Shown piece after piece: positions 18,386 through 28,847 of a stretch of 64,000 nt of DNA (positions are counted from its first letter, which is position 1; each line of letters starts with the position of its first letter). The stretch spans positions 384,001-448,000 of the forward strand of contig CAWCIZ010000003.1 in NCBI GenBank assembly GCA_963795855.1, read 5' to 3'. This stretch comes from Vulcanimicrobiota bacterium (GTDB lineage: Bacteria; Vulcanimicrobiota; Vulcanimicrobiia; Vulcanimicrobiales; Vulcanimicrobiaceae). A program made the position numbers and the translations under genes. The notes under the pieces were generated by a model, which was given only the letters and a program-made list of their open reading frames with translations, did no database searches and was not told the DNA's origin.

Positions 18386-20290
18386 ATGGCAACGAATTAC
18401 GGCGCGGAACAAATCGAAGTCCTCAAGGGGCTCGAAGCGGTCCGCAAGCGCCCCGGCATGTATATCGGCAATACCGCGGAACGCGGGCTGCATCAGCTCG
18501 TGTACGAGGCGGTCGACAACGCCGTCGACGAAGCGCTTGCCGGATACGCGAAAAACATCAAGGTCGTTCTGTACAAGGACGGCGCGTGTTCCGTAGAGGA
18601 CGACGGCCGCGGCATTCCGGTCGACGTGCACGCCGAAGAGAAGATGCCCGCAGTCGAAGTGATCATGACGATCCTGCACGCCGGCGGTAAGTTCGGCAAA
18701 GGCGGCTATAAAGTATCGGGCGGTCTGCACGGCGTGGGTATTTCGGTGGTCAACGCGCTCTCGTCACACATGACCACGCGCGTGAAGCGCGACGGGAACG
18801 TGTACGAAATCAAATTCGAGCGCGGCCTCACTACGCAAAAACTCAAAAAGGTCGGCAAGACCTCGGAAGACGACAGCGGCTCGTACCAATGGTTCATGCC
18901 CGACAAGGAGGTGTTCGAGGTCACCGAGTTCCATTGGGACGTCCTGGCAAAACGTCTGCGTGAACTCGCATTCCTCAATCGCGGGCTGTCGATCACGTTG
19001 CACGACGAACGCCAAGACCCGGTGCGGGAGCGCACGTTCAAGTTCGACGGCGGCATCATCTCGTTCGTGCAGTGGCTCAACGAGAAGAAGGATCCGATTC
19101 ACCCGGAACCGATCTCGACGCACAACGAGCGCGACGGCGTTGACGTTGAAGTCGCGATGCAGTGGACCGACACTTACTCCGAGATCATCTCGTCGTACGC
19201 GAACAACATCAACACGATCGAGGGCGGCATGCACCTCACCGGTTTTCGCACGGCGATCAGCAACGCGGTGAACAGTTACGCGAAGAAACGCGGCATGCTC
19301 AAGGAATCCGAAAGCAATCTGTCTACCGACGACTGCATGGAAGGACTCACGGCGGTCGTCTCCGTGAAACTCGCCGAGCCGCAGTTCGAAGGCCAGACCA
19401 AGACCAAGCTCGGCAATGCCAGCGTGCGCAACATCGTGTACGGGCTGGTGAATGAACGCCTCGAGTTCTTCTTCGAGGAGACTCCGAAGTACGCGCGCGC
19501 GATTATCGACAAGTGCATGCAAGCGCAGCGGGCCCGCGAAGCGGCGAAGAAAGCGCGCGACTTGTCGCGCCGCAAGAACGCGCTGGAAGGTTCGGGACTG
19601 CCCGGCAAACTCGTCGACTGCAAAAACAACAACCCGGCCGAGAGCGAAATCTTCCTGGTCGAAGGCGACTCCGCCGGCGGAACCGCCAAGGGCGGACGCG
19701 ATCCGAACTCGCAAGCGATTCTGCCGCTCCGCGGCAAGATTCTCAACGTCGAAAAGGCGCGGCTGGACAAGGTGCTTTCGAACGAAGAGATCCGCACGAT
19801 GATCACGGCGTTCGGCACCGGCTTCGGCAGCGAGTTCGACGCGACGAAACTTCGATACCACAAGATCATCATCATGACGGACGCCGACGTGGACGGTTCG
19901 CACATCCGCACGCTGCTGCTCACGTTCTTCTACCGCCAGATGAAGCCGCTCGTGGAAGAAGGGTACGTGTACATCGCGCAGCCCCCGCTGTACGGCATCC
20001 GCAAAGGGAAAAAGCAGTGGTACGCGTTCAGCGACAACGAACTGCGATCGATCGTCGGCGAAGACGGTAAGGATTACGTCGTCCAGCAGTACAAGGGTCT
20101 GGGCGAAATGGACGCCGAGCAGCTCGCGGTGACGACGATGGAAGTCGGGAACCGCCGCTTGAAGCAAATCACGGTCGAAGATGCGGTCGAGGCCGAGCAG
20201 ATCTTCACGGATTTGATGGGTGACAAAGTGGAGCCGCGCAAGCAGTACATCTTCGACTTCGCGAAGTCGGTAAAGAACTTGGATTTGTAA
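18386..20290 (+). CDS. gyrB: DNA gyrase subunit B
   Basis: LEAVRKRPGMYIG, SGGLHGVG, VEGDSAGG, PLRGKILN, MTDADVDG, YKGLGEM; short form without the proteobacterial insert. Confidence 0.96.
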   Translation: MATNYGAEQIEVLKGLEAVRKRPGMYIGNTAERGLHQLVYEAVDNAVDEALAGYAKNIKVVLYKDGACSVEDDGRGIPVDVHAEEKMPAVEVIMTILHAGGKFGKGGYKVSGGLHGVGISVVNALSSHMTTRVKRDGNVYEIKFERGLTTQKLKKVGKTSEDDSGSYQWFMPDKEVFEVTEFHWDVLAKRLRELAFLNRGLSITLHDERQDPVRERTFKFDGGIISFVQWLNEKKDPIHPEPISTHNERDGVDVEVAMQWTDTYSEIISSYANNINTIEGGMHLTGFRTAISNAVNSYAKKRGMLKESESNLSTDDCMEGLTAVVSVKLAEPQFEGQTKTKLGNASVRNIVYGLVNERLEFFFEETPKYARAIIDKCMQAQRAREAAKKARDLSRRKNALEGSGLPGKLVDCKNNNPAESEIFLVEGDSAGGTAKGGRDPNSQAILPLRGKILNVEKARLDKVLSNEEIRTMITAFGTGFGSEFDATKLRYHKIIIMTDADVDGSHIRTLLLTFFYRQMKPLVEEGYVYIAQPPLYGIRKGKKQWYAFSDNELRSIVGEDGKDYVVQQYKGLGEMDAEQLAVTTMEVGNRRLKQITVEDAVEAEQIFTDLMGDKVEPRKQYIFDFAKSVKNLDL

Positions 20291-20293
20291 ATG

Positions 20294-20322
20294 AGCCCCT
20301 CCGCGATGGAGGGGCTTCTTTT
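20294..20322 (+). terminator. Intrinsic terminator after gyrB
   Basis: AGCCCCTCC-gcgat-GGAGGGGCT followed by TCTTTT. Confidence 0.8.
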
Positions 20323-20357
20323 CCCGCTCGGGGTATAACTCGCAGCGGAGGGACGGC

Positions 20358-23300
20358 TTGCGCAAACGGATCGGTGCCGTGGCGGCGGCGATGCTCATCG
20401 TACTTCTCACCCTCGCGGCGATCTATCACAACGGCGCCGTGCGCTTTGCGCTCTCATCCATCGTTCCGCTTGCGACCGGCTACGACGTCAGCGTCGACGA
20501 CGTGCGTCTGCAAGCCCATCACGGCGCACTCGTCGGCGTGCACGTCTCCCGGCACGGGCAGCGCGTGCTGGATGCCGCGCGCATTGACCTCTATTACGAT
20601 TTGCGCGAACTTCTTCCGGGAAGCAAGCACCGCTTCGGATTGACCGCTATCGCGATCGATCGCCCGCACATCACGATCGTGCACAACCAGAACGGCACGT
20701 ACAACATCGCAATCCCCAAGGCCGTAAGCGGAGGCACTCGCCGCCGCGGCGTCAACGGCGTGCCGCTCGATTTCACGGTGCGCGTTCGCGACGCGTCAGC
20801 GGCACTCATCGACGAATACCGGTTCTACAAGGAAAGCCGCCGCCAGCGCGTGGATCGCATCGACGTCGACTTGTCGATCGACTCGGCCGTAGAAACGCAC
20901 TACAAGGCGACGGGCTTTCTCGAGGATACCGGCGCTCAACCCTTTCGTATCGCCGGCACGATAAACTATGTCGACGGGTATGCGCTGCACCACGTGCACG
21001 TGCGCGCGATCCCGATTACCGCCATCGGCAACTACTTCATCAACTCGACGGCCGCGCGTATCCTCGGCGGCACGGTTCGCAACTTCGATCTGCACGCGTG
21101 GGCTTATGGCGTCGGCCCGAATTCAAACGCCGCATATCACCTCTCCGGCAGCGGCTATCTGGCTGACGGCATGATGAACGTAAAAAGCCTCGACTCACCA
21201 ATCGCGCACATCAACGGGGTCATCAACGTTTTCGACAGCGGCTTCGCCGCGCCGCGCGCGACCGCGATCGTCGGGCACATCCCGATCGTCTTTGCCGGCG
21301 GCATCTTCGACTTCGCGCATCCGCAATTCCGGCTGGGCGTGGACGGCCGCGGCGACCTGCGCAATCTGGGAGAAGTCGCCAGGTTCGCCGCTAACTTGCC
21401 GATCCACGGCGGCGTGCGCATACACGCGCTCGTCGAAGGCGACATCTCGGATCCCGTCCTGATGATCGGCTACGGCGGTAAACTGTTCAATTACGGCGCG
21501 GTTCCGATTCAAAACCCGCGCGGCGTGGTCGCGCTGTATCGAAACAAATTGATCGTGCTGCCGTTCCACGCGACGTACGACGGCATGCACCTGCACCTGC
21601 AAGGCATGCTTCAACTCGGCAAACAAGTGCAGAGCACGCTCGCGCTGCACGCAATCGGACCCTCGTCGCGAATGCCTTACCTCAGCGGCTTGGTGACCGA
21701 CCAGCCGGTCGCGACGGAAGCGCTGCTGCAAGGAACGGACGTGCTCTTCGATGCACGCGGGTACCTCGTTTCCCTGGTGCAGCCCGAAAACGTCAACGGC
21801 TTCTACGACATCAACCGCCGCGGCGTCGGCACGTTCGGCCCCATCAGCGTAAACGACGGCCGCGGCGGATCGCTCGTCGCCGGATTCAGTCTCGATCGTC
21901 CGAACGGCAACAGCGCGTTTTGGGCTTCGGTACACGGCATGCGGCTGCATCAAGCGGTGCCGCTGAAGATGCCCGGCGTGAACGTGCCCGAGCTTCCGCC
22001 GATCGACGCGCACATTGCGGAAGCGAACGTCGCCGGCGCCGGCTCCGCGCGTGGAGTCGTCATCGGCGGCTCGGTATACATGTCGCCGGCAACGATTGCC
22101 GGCGTGCCGTTCGACACCATCTCCGCGCGATTCGCCGGACCGTTTGCGGCTTCACGCATCAGCTCGGTTCATGCGGACGGCCCGTGGGGCAGTTTCGACG
22201 GCAACGGAACGTTTGCGCCGAATTTGATTGTCGCGCGCGGCGGATATTCGGGCACGTTCGAGGGCCTGCGCACGTTCCTCGGCGGATTCCCGGTGCAAGG
22301 CGCGATTAGCGGACCGATGGCGATCGCCATCGCTCAAGGCAAAATTTTCGTTCAAGCGCAAAACGCGCAGTTGCGCAACGCGAACATGCACGGCATCCCA
22401 ATCAGTGAAATTTCCGGAACGATGGCGTACGACAACGGCATCTTGCGCGTGTACTCCGCGCAGGCGCACGCCGCCGGCGGCACGGTGGTGGCGGCGGGAA
22501 GTTTCGCGACGCAGCCCAGCGCGGTTTCGACGCGTCTGACGCTCGCGACCACGACGCTCGATGCGGCGCAGGCCATGCGCGGCTTCGGCGTTCCGATCTC
22601 CGGCGGCAACCTGCGCGCGGTGGGCGGTATTGCACCCGGCAAAGCTATTCCCGACGTTGACGCGGGCGTCGTGCTGCACGGCGGACGCGCAGCGGGGTTC
22701 GGACCGTTCGCCGCGAGTTCCGAAATCGCGATTAAGGACGACGCGCTGCACGTTCGCGACACCGTTGCGGCCATCGGGCAAACGTACGCACACGTCAACG
22801 GCACCATGAGCGGCCTTGCCGGCGGCGCGCCGGCGTACGACATCGCCGCGGCCGTACCGGTCGGCGACATCGGCGCGATGTCGCAGCTCGTCACCGTGCC
22901 CACGCATAACGCCGAAGGGAGCTTCGGCGGGCAATTCGTGATTGGCGGATCCGGCGTTAATCCGCATGTGAGCGGCACGCTCGAGGTTCCCGTCGGAAGT
23001 TTAAACGGTTTGGGTTTCGCGGATGCGCGAGCCGACATCGACGCGAGCCGCACCGCCGTCGCCATCCGGCACGGCTTCGTTCGCGTCGGTTCGACGCAAG
23101 CCGATTTTTCCGCGGCGGTGAGCAAAACGGATCTGGCATTTTCGATGCGCTCGCCGCGGGCGGATCTAAGCGACTTCAACGACTACTTCGACACGGGTGA
23201 CACGCTCGCGGGAACGGGCGCCGTTGCCGTGTCTTTCTCGCACTTCGATCGCTTGACGTACACGTCGGGAGACGTTGACATTCAGGGCTTCCGCTACCGG

Positions 23301-25598
23301 CGCTTTCCGATCGGCGACACGATGGCGGACTGGGCAAGCTTACGCAACGTCGTGCAGGGCAACGTGAACATCGGCGGCGAGCACGGCCGGCTGCGTGCCG
23401 CGGGCACCGTCGCCCTTTCGCCCGCCTCGCAGCTCGCGAAGCTGATCGTGGGATCGCGGTACGACATCCGCGGTACGCTCAGCGACTTCGATCTCACGAC
23501 CTGGCTTCCGGCGCTCGGTTTCGCGCAACTGCCGATTACCGGCCGTATCGACGGAACCGCGCAAGTTCGCGGCTCCTACCCGCACATCGGCGTGAGCGGG
23601 AACGCGTCGCTGCAGAACGGCACGGTCGGTCCGGTCGCCATTGAAAAAGCGCAGCTGACCGCGCATTCGGCGGCGCACGATCGCATCGACGTCACGAACG
23701 TGCTCGTGACGCTTCCTGCGCTGCAGGCGACGGGCAGCGGCAGTTTCGGACTTTCGGCCGCCGCACCCATGAACTTCCAAGTGCATGCGGTTACCGACGA
23801 TCTTCCGCGTCTGGTAGCGCAGGTTTCGAAAAAGAGTTTCGACGTGCGCGGTCACATCGAATCGACGCTCTCGGTGGAAGGTTCGTTCGGCGCGCCGCGC
23901 GTTTCCGCCGGCGTCGACGCGTCGAATCTCGACGTCTATGGGTTGAGCATCCCGTCGTTCGTCGGGATGGTGCAACTACACCGCAGCAGCATCGTGGTTC
24001 GAAATGCCGAACTCGGGCTGGCGCATGGGCGCGTGACGATTGCCGGATCTCTGCCGCTGCAGATGCGGCCGTTCTCGTTCGGCCCCGCGAGCGCGCCGAT
24101 TGCAATGGACGTGAGCGCGAGCGACGTCGACCTCACGCCGTTCGGGGCGCTGCTGGGAAACGGCACGAAGATCGGCGGAGTCCTGACCGGACATCTGGGC
24201 GTTTCCGGTACCGCCGGCAATCCGCGGATGTTCGGGCAAGTTTCCGCGAGCGGCGCGACTTACGTGAGCGCGCTCGAAGTTACGCCGATTACGCAAACCG
24301 TCGCGCAGCTCACCTTCGAAGGCACGCATGCGACGCTGGACCGCGTCCATGCGGTGCTCGGGCGCGGCACGATCGACGGCAGCGGTTCGCTCAACTTCGG
24401 CGGCGGAATCAGTGGCGGACCGCTCGGCTACGCGCTCGCACTGCGCGCGCGCGGCGCGCAGATCTCGATGCCGCTTTTCGGATCGGGAACGTTCGATTCG
24501 ACGATTTCGCTCGACCGCACGCCGGGACGCCTCGCGTTGCTCAAAGGCAACGCCGCCTTGAGCGATACCGTGATTTCCTTTAACTCGCTGCTCGCGCTCG
24601 GCGGCGGAACGCCGGGAAGCAAGAGCGCGGGGCCGCCGTTCAATCTTGCGTTCGATTTGGGCGTCACGGCCGGACGGAACGTGCACGTTCGCAGCGGAGG
24701 CGTCGGGCTCTTCGGTCTCGACATTTCGGGCCAGGGCCACGCGCATCTCGGCGGCACGCTGCAGAAGCCGACGATGTCCGGGCAGTTCAACTCGGCGGGC
24801 GGTACGCTGACGCTCATCGACCGCGCCTTCAAAGTACAGGAAGGGCGCGTGACCTTCAATCCGGCGAACGGAGCGTTGCCGGACATCTACGCCGTCGCAA
24901 CGACGACTGTCACCAATCCGGATCCCAACACGCAGCGGAACCCCACCGGAAGCACGCAGGTCACCGCGAGGGTTTCCGGCACCGTGCCCCAGGTCAACAT
25001 CGACCTCAGTTCGAGCCCGGGCGGCTATACCAAAGAGCAACTGATCGCACTGCTTCTGCCGCTGAACTCGCTGGCGGGTCCCATCCAGTTCACGGATACC
25101 GGCGTTATCCTCTCGCAAGGGCAGCTCGCCGGCGCGCCGGCGCCCGGCACCGGGGCGGCGCTGCCGAATATCTTCGAAGTCCGGCAGAACGGCACGGTGA
25201 CGATCGGACAGGAAGCCTTCAGCATTCTCAACGCGCAATTTGCGAGCGGGTTGCTCGCACCGTTGGAAACGGCGCTCAGCAGCACGCTCGGCCTTTCGGA
25301 CGTGAACCTGACCGTCGATTACGGAGGCAATCTCGGCATCAGTTTGCGCCGCCCGTTGTCCGGCGACTTTTACGCGGTATACGGAACCACGTTCGGCGTG
25401 CCGATTCGACAGACGTACGGCTTCGCTTACCAGCCCAACGCCTTCACGTCTGCGCAATTCACGATGTTTTTCCAGCAGGGGCCGACGCCGCTGTTCCTGA
25501 GTCCCGGGCAAGTGCTCTCGACGAATTCGCGCGCTACCGCCGGACAGGCGGTCCAGGGAACCAGCGGCTTCACCTTCCTGTTCCAACGGCTGTTTTAG
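20358..25598 (+). CDS. TamB/AsmA-like translocation and assembly module protein (1746 aa)
   Basis: N-terminal TM anchor, long Gly-rich amphipathic beta repeats, C-terminal DUF490-like region; directly upstream of bamA. Confidence 0.85.
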   Translation: MRKRIGAVAAAMLIVLLTLAAIYHNGAVRFALSSIVPLATGYDVSVDDVRLQAHHGALVGVHVSRHGQRVLDAARIDLYYDLRELLPGSKHRFGLTAIAIDRPHITIVHNQNGTYNIAIPKAVSGGTRRRGVNGVPLDFTVRVRDASAALIDEYRFYKESRRQRVDRIDVDLSIDSAVETHYKATGFLEDTGAQPFRIAGTINYVDGYALHHVHVRAIPITAIGNYFINSTAARILGGTVRNFDLHAWAYGVGPNSNAAYHLSGSGYLADGMMNVKSLDSPIAHINGVINVFDSGFAAPRATAIVGHIPIVFAGGIFDFAHPQFRLGVDGRGDLRNLGEVARFAANLPIHGGVRIHALVEGDISDPVLMIGYGGKLFNYGAVPIQNPRGVVALYRNKLIVLPFHATYDGMHLHLQGMLQLGKQVQSTLALHAIGPSSRMPYLSGLVTDQPVATEALLQGTDVLFDARGYLVSLVQPENVNGFYDINRRGVGTFGPISVNDGRGGSLVAGFSLDRPNGNSAFWASVHGMRLHQAVPLKMPGVNVPELPPIDAHIAEANVAGAGSARGVVIGGSVYMSPATIAGVPFDTISARFAGPFAASRISSVHADGPWGSFDGNGTFAPNLIVARGGYSGTFEGLRTFLGGFPVQGAISGPMAIAIAQGKIFVQAQNAQLRNANMHGIPISEISGTMAYDNGILRVYSAQAHAAGGTVVAAGSFATQPSAVSTRLTLATTTLDAAQAMRGFGVPISGGNLRAVGGIAPGKAIPDVDAGVVLHGGRAAGFGPFAASSEIAIKDDALHVRDTVAAIGQTYAHVNGTMSGLAGGAPAYDIAAAVPVGDIGAMSQLVTVPTHNAEGSFGGQFVIGGSGVNPHVSGTLEVPVGSLNGLGFADARADIDASRTAVAIRHGFVRVGSTQADFSAAVSKTDLAFSMRSPRADLSDFNDYFDTGDTLAGTGAVAVSFSHFDRLTYTSGDVDIQGFRYRRFPIGDTMADWASLRNVVQGNVNIGGEHGRLRAAGTVALSPASQLAKLIVGSRYDIRGTLSDFDLTTWLPALGFAQLPITGRIDGTAQVRGSYPHIGVSGNASLQNGTVGPVAIEKAQLTAHSAAHDRIDVTNVLVTLPALQATGSGSFGLSAAAPMNFQVHAVTDDLPRLVAQVSKKSFDVRGHIESTLSVEGSFGAPRVSAGVDASNLDVYGLSIPSFVGMVQLHRSSIVVRNAELGLAHGRVTIAGSLPLQMRPFSFGPASAPIAMDVSASDVDLTPFGALLGNGTKIGGVLTGHLGVSGTAGNPRMFGQVSASGATYVSALEVTPITQTVAQLTFEGTHATLDRVHAVLGRGTIDGSGSLNFGGGISGGPLGYALALRARGAQISMPLFGSGTFDSTISLDRTPGRLALLKGNAALSDTVISFNSLLALGGGTPGSKSAGPPFNLAFDLGVTAGRNVHVRSGGVGLFGLDISGQGHAHLGGTLQKPTMSGQFNSAGGTLTLIDRAFKVQEGRVTFNPANGALPDIYAVATTTVTNPDPNTQRNPTGSTQVTARVSGTVPQVNIDLSSSPGGYTKEQLIALLLPLNSLAGPIQFTDTGVILSQGQLAGAPAPGTGAALPNIFEVRQNGTVTIGQEAFSILNAQFASGLLAPLETALSSTLGLSDVNLTVDYGGNLGISLRRPLSGDFYAVYGTTFGVPIRQTYGFAYQPNAFTSAQFTMFFQQGPTPLFLSPGQVLSTNSRATAGQAVQGTSGFTFLFQRLF

Positions 25599-25741
25599 CA
25601 GCACAATGCCCAGGCAAGGACACCTCGGCACCATCGCGAACAGGCGGTGCGGGTCGAAACGAAACACTGCGCTCGTGCGGCGCGTTACAGTCCTAACGCC
25701 ACCAGCGTTGGAGCGATCGAACTCTCAAGGGAAAGAATTTT

Positions 25742-28033
25742 TTGATGACCTCAAGCCTCTGGCGTGCGCGCGGCGCGCTCCACCGGTGTGCGGGCCTGGT
25801 CCTGGCACTTGCTTCCATCTTGATGCTGATTTCACCGGGCACCGCGCGCTCCGCGACGGCTCCGAAAATCGTGTCGGTGGACGTGTCGGGCAACGTGCAT
25901 GTCCCCACGCAAACGATCATGGCGGTCGTGCAAGCGCGTCCCGGGCAACCGTACAATCAGCAGGTGGTACAGGCGGACCTGCAGCGGATTTTCGCGCTGG
26001 GCTATTTCGCCGACCAAGCGGCGCCGCTCATACGCCAGCGCCCGGGCGGCATTGCGATCACCTACCGCGTGATCGAGAACCCCGTCATAACGAAGATTTT
26101 GTTCAGCGGCAACCAGCACGTCCCGGCGGACACGCTGCTCGCGCTGATGGATACATCGGTCGGCCAGGTGCTCAACATGAACACGCTGCGCAACGATTTC
26201 TTGAAGATCAATTCGTACTACGAACGCATCGGCTACAGCGGCCAGATCGCCTCGCACGTCAAGAACTTGAGCATCGATCCGAAGACCAATGCGCTGACCA
26301 TCGACATTCGCGAGGGCCTGACCATTACGAACGTGACGGTCACGGGCGATCCGTTGCTGCCGGAGACGGTGATTCTTCCGGTTCTCAGCGCGCAAAAAGG
26401 CCAAGAGTTCTCGCAGCAGATGGAAGACGCGGATTACAACGCCGTGCAGAAGCTGTACGACAAGTACAACCTGATCGTCGGAAACGGCTTTAGCGAGGGC
26501 ATCGATCCGACGACCGTCGACCAAAACGCCGGCACTGCGCAGGTCAAGGTCAACATCTACGTTGCGCGTGTCGGACTCGTGCAGATCACCGGCAACACCA
26601 AGACCAAAGACCAGGTCATCCGGCGCCAACTCGGAGAGCGTCCGGGCATGATTTTGACGAAGACCGGCGTGCAGCGCGATCTCGAACGCCTGAACAATAC
26701 CGGCTTCTTTTCAAAAGTAGACGTGAATCCCAAAGCGTGCCCCGAAGAGATGAGCAAGAAAGACCCGGGCTGCGTCACGCTGCAATGGATCGTCACGGAG
26801 CAGAAAACCGCTTCCGCGTCAGTCGGCGCGGGATACTCCGGCGGTCTAACGGGTCAAGGCCTGTACGGCACCATCGGCTATCAGGACAATAACCTGCACG
26901 GCACCGGCAACGCCGTCTCACTGCAAATTGAGCGCGGCGCGCGCAGCTACGTTACGCAGGCGCAAGTCTCGGTCCCATACGTTGGAAGCACGGTACAATC
27001 GCAGAAGTGGAGCCTCGGCGGATCGATCTTCACCAACGGCTACACCTACTTCTATCCGGTATATACGACTGCGGTAGGCGCGGGCGCGATTCCGTCTCCG
27101 GCCCCGGGTGCATCGCCGGTTCCGATTCCCGTCACGCTGCTGCCGAGCGGAAACGCGCAAATTCTCAACGGCCTCGTTTCGACCAGCACCGCGAAGTCAG
27201 CAGGCGTGAACCTGAGCGTTGGACGCCGGCTTTCGGATTACATTACCGCGACCGTGCTCACCGCCGTCGAGAACGTGACGAACAGCACGACGGTGCCGTC
27301 GCCGTACTATTTCCAGAGCGCGCAGCCCAATATCGTCGTCGGCCCGACGCCCGGACCACTGAACAATTTGAACAACTCGACCGGCAGTTTCGGTATCGTC
27401 GCGACGTCGATTGCCAACATCAATACGGGAACTCCGTACCGGCTGAATCAGGTGACGTTCGGACTGGGCACCAATCCGGCAACGATGCTCGACGACATCT
27501 TCAATCCGCGCCACGGTGAAACTGCCTCGCTCAGCGAGACGGTTTCCACGCCGTCGATCGGGTCGAACTTCAGCTTCACGCAAACCACGCTCGACCTCGC
27601 GAAGTTTTTGCCGATCCTCAAAGATTCGACGCTCGCATTGCACGGGCAAGGCCGCACGTCGACGGGAGCGATTCCGCCGAGCAATCTGTACACGTTTTCC
27701 GATCAGCAGCTGCGCGGCTATGACAGCGTCTTCTACGGAACCGATACAATGCTCGGACAGATCGAACTTCGCAAGCCGCTGACCGCGGATCGCAAATTCG
27801 GCATCGCGCTCTTCGCCGATGAAGGCGGCTATCGCGTGCGCGGAGCGCAACCGCTGCTCGATCCGTACACCAACCGCATCATCGGCTACCCGAACCAATG
27901 GTCGTGGCGCGGTGATTACGGCATCGGCCTGCGATTCGACGTGCCGCAGTTGGGCTTGCACACGATCCGCATCGATTTTGCCAAGGGCTCAAACGGAACG
28001 CATACCAGCTTCGGCATCGGCCAAAGCTTCTAG
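25742..28033 (+). CDS. bamA: Omp85/BamA outer membrane protein assembly factor, about 3 POTRA domains
   Basis: POTRA motifs (VSGNVHV, FSGNQHV, ITGNTKTKDQVIRR, LNNTGFF), NLHGTG barrel start, LRGY loop 6, C-terminal FGIGQSF. Confidence 0.9.
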   Translation: MMTSSLWRARGALHRCAGLVLALASILMLISPGTARSATAPKIVSVDVSGNVHVPTQTIMAVVQARPGQPYNQQVVQADLQRIFALGYFADQAAPLIRQRPGGIAITYRVIENPVITKILFSGNQHVPADTLLALMDTSVGQVLNMNTLRNDFLKINSYYERIGYSGQIASHVKNLSIDPKTNALTIDIREGLTITNVTVTGDPLLPETVILPVLSAQKGQEFSQQMEDADYNAVQKLYDKYNLIVGNGFSEGIDPTTVDQNAGTAQVKVNIYVARVGLVQITGNTKTKDQVIRRQLGERPGMILTKTGVQRDLERLNNTGFFSKVDVNPKACPEEMSKKDPGCVTLQWIVTEQKTASASVGAGYSGGLTGQGLYGTIGYQDNNLHGTGNAVSLQIERGARSYVTQAQVSVPYVGSTVQSQKWSLGGSIFTNGYTYFYPVYTTAVGAGAIPSPAPGASPVPIPVTLLPSGNAQILNGLVSTSTAKSAGVNLSVGRRLSDYITATVLTAVENVTNSTTVPSPYYFQSAQPNIVVGPTPGPLNNLNNSTGSFGIVATSIANINTGTPYRLNQVTFGLGTNPATMLDDIFNPRHGETASLSETVSTPSIGSNFSFTQTTLDLAKFLPILKDSTLALHGQGRTSTGAIPPSNLYTFSDQQLRGYDSVFYGTDTMLGQIELRKPLTADRKFGIALFADEGGYRVRGAQPLLDPYTNRIIGYPNQWSWRGDYGIGLRFDVPQLGLHTIRIDFAKGSNGTHTSFGIGQSF

Positions 28034-28039
28034 AGGAAA

Positions 28040-28847
28040 ATGAATATTCGCAAAGTCACTCGTTTGCTGGCCGTCGCGCTCGTCCTGACGTTCGTCGCGG
28101 CGCCGGCCGCCATTGCCGCCGATCTGACCGACGTTGGATTCATCGATCAGGCGGCGATCGGATCGCTTCCGCAATTTCAAAGTGCAAACGCGCAGGTCGC
28201 GAAGTACAAGTCGCAGCTCGATCCGCAGTTCGCCGCGGCGATGAAGCGCGCCAAATCACCTTCCGACCAACAGCGCGTGCAATCCGACTTTCAGCAGCGT
28301 TTCGTGAACGAACAGCGCCAGGTGCTCGGGCCGCTGTTCGGCCGCGCGCAAGCCGCCATCGCTCAAGTCGAGCTCCAACCGGCGCTTGTCGGTGATCGTC
28401 GACCGGCGCATCGTCGTTTACGGCGGTCAGGACATCACCAAAGACGTCATCGATCTCATCAACGGCCCCGGACAAGTCGTGCCGCCCGCGTCGGCGCCGG
28501 CGACGTCTTCAATCGGCTTCGTCGATCAGAGCCAGATCGATCAAGTTCCGAAGATCAAGAACGCAAACGATGGCTTCAATACGTGGGCGAACGATCAGCG
28601 CACCGCGGCGCTCAAGCAGATGCAAGGCGCCAAGAACGATCCCAAGAAGCAGCAGCAGATTTTTCAAAACTACCAGAAGACGCTGACGGCACAACAGGAG
28701 AAAGTGCTCAAACCGCTCGTCGATCAGACGCGCGACGCAATGGCGAAGGTCGCCGGTCAAAAGCACCTGATTCTCGTCGTCGATCGCTCGGACGTCATCT
28801 ACGGGGGCACGGACATCACCAAGGATGTCCAAAATGCGCTTCAGTAA
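28040..28847 (+). CDS. Skp/OmpH-family chaperone with two tandem OmpH domains (frameshift near 28375)
   Basis: Signal peptide; two copies of (V/I)GF(I/V)DQ...coiled coil...V(I/V)DR..V(V/I)YGGxDITKDV. Confidence 0.85.

Noticed and set aside
25599..25741. Possible riboswitch or leader before bamA
   Set aside because: No recognisable aptamer consensus or convincing long stem.
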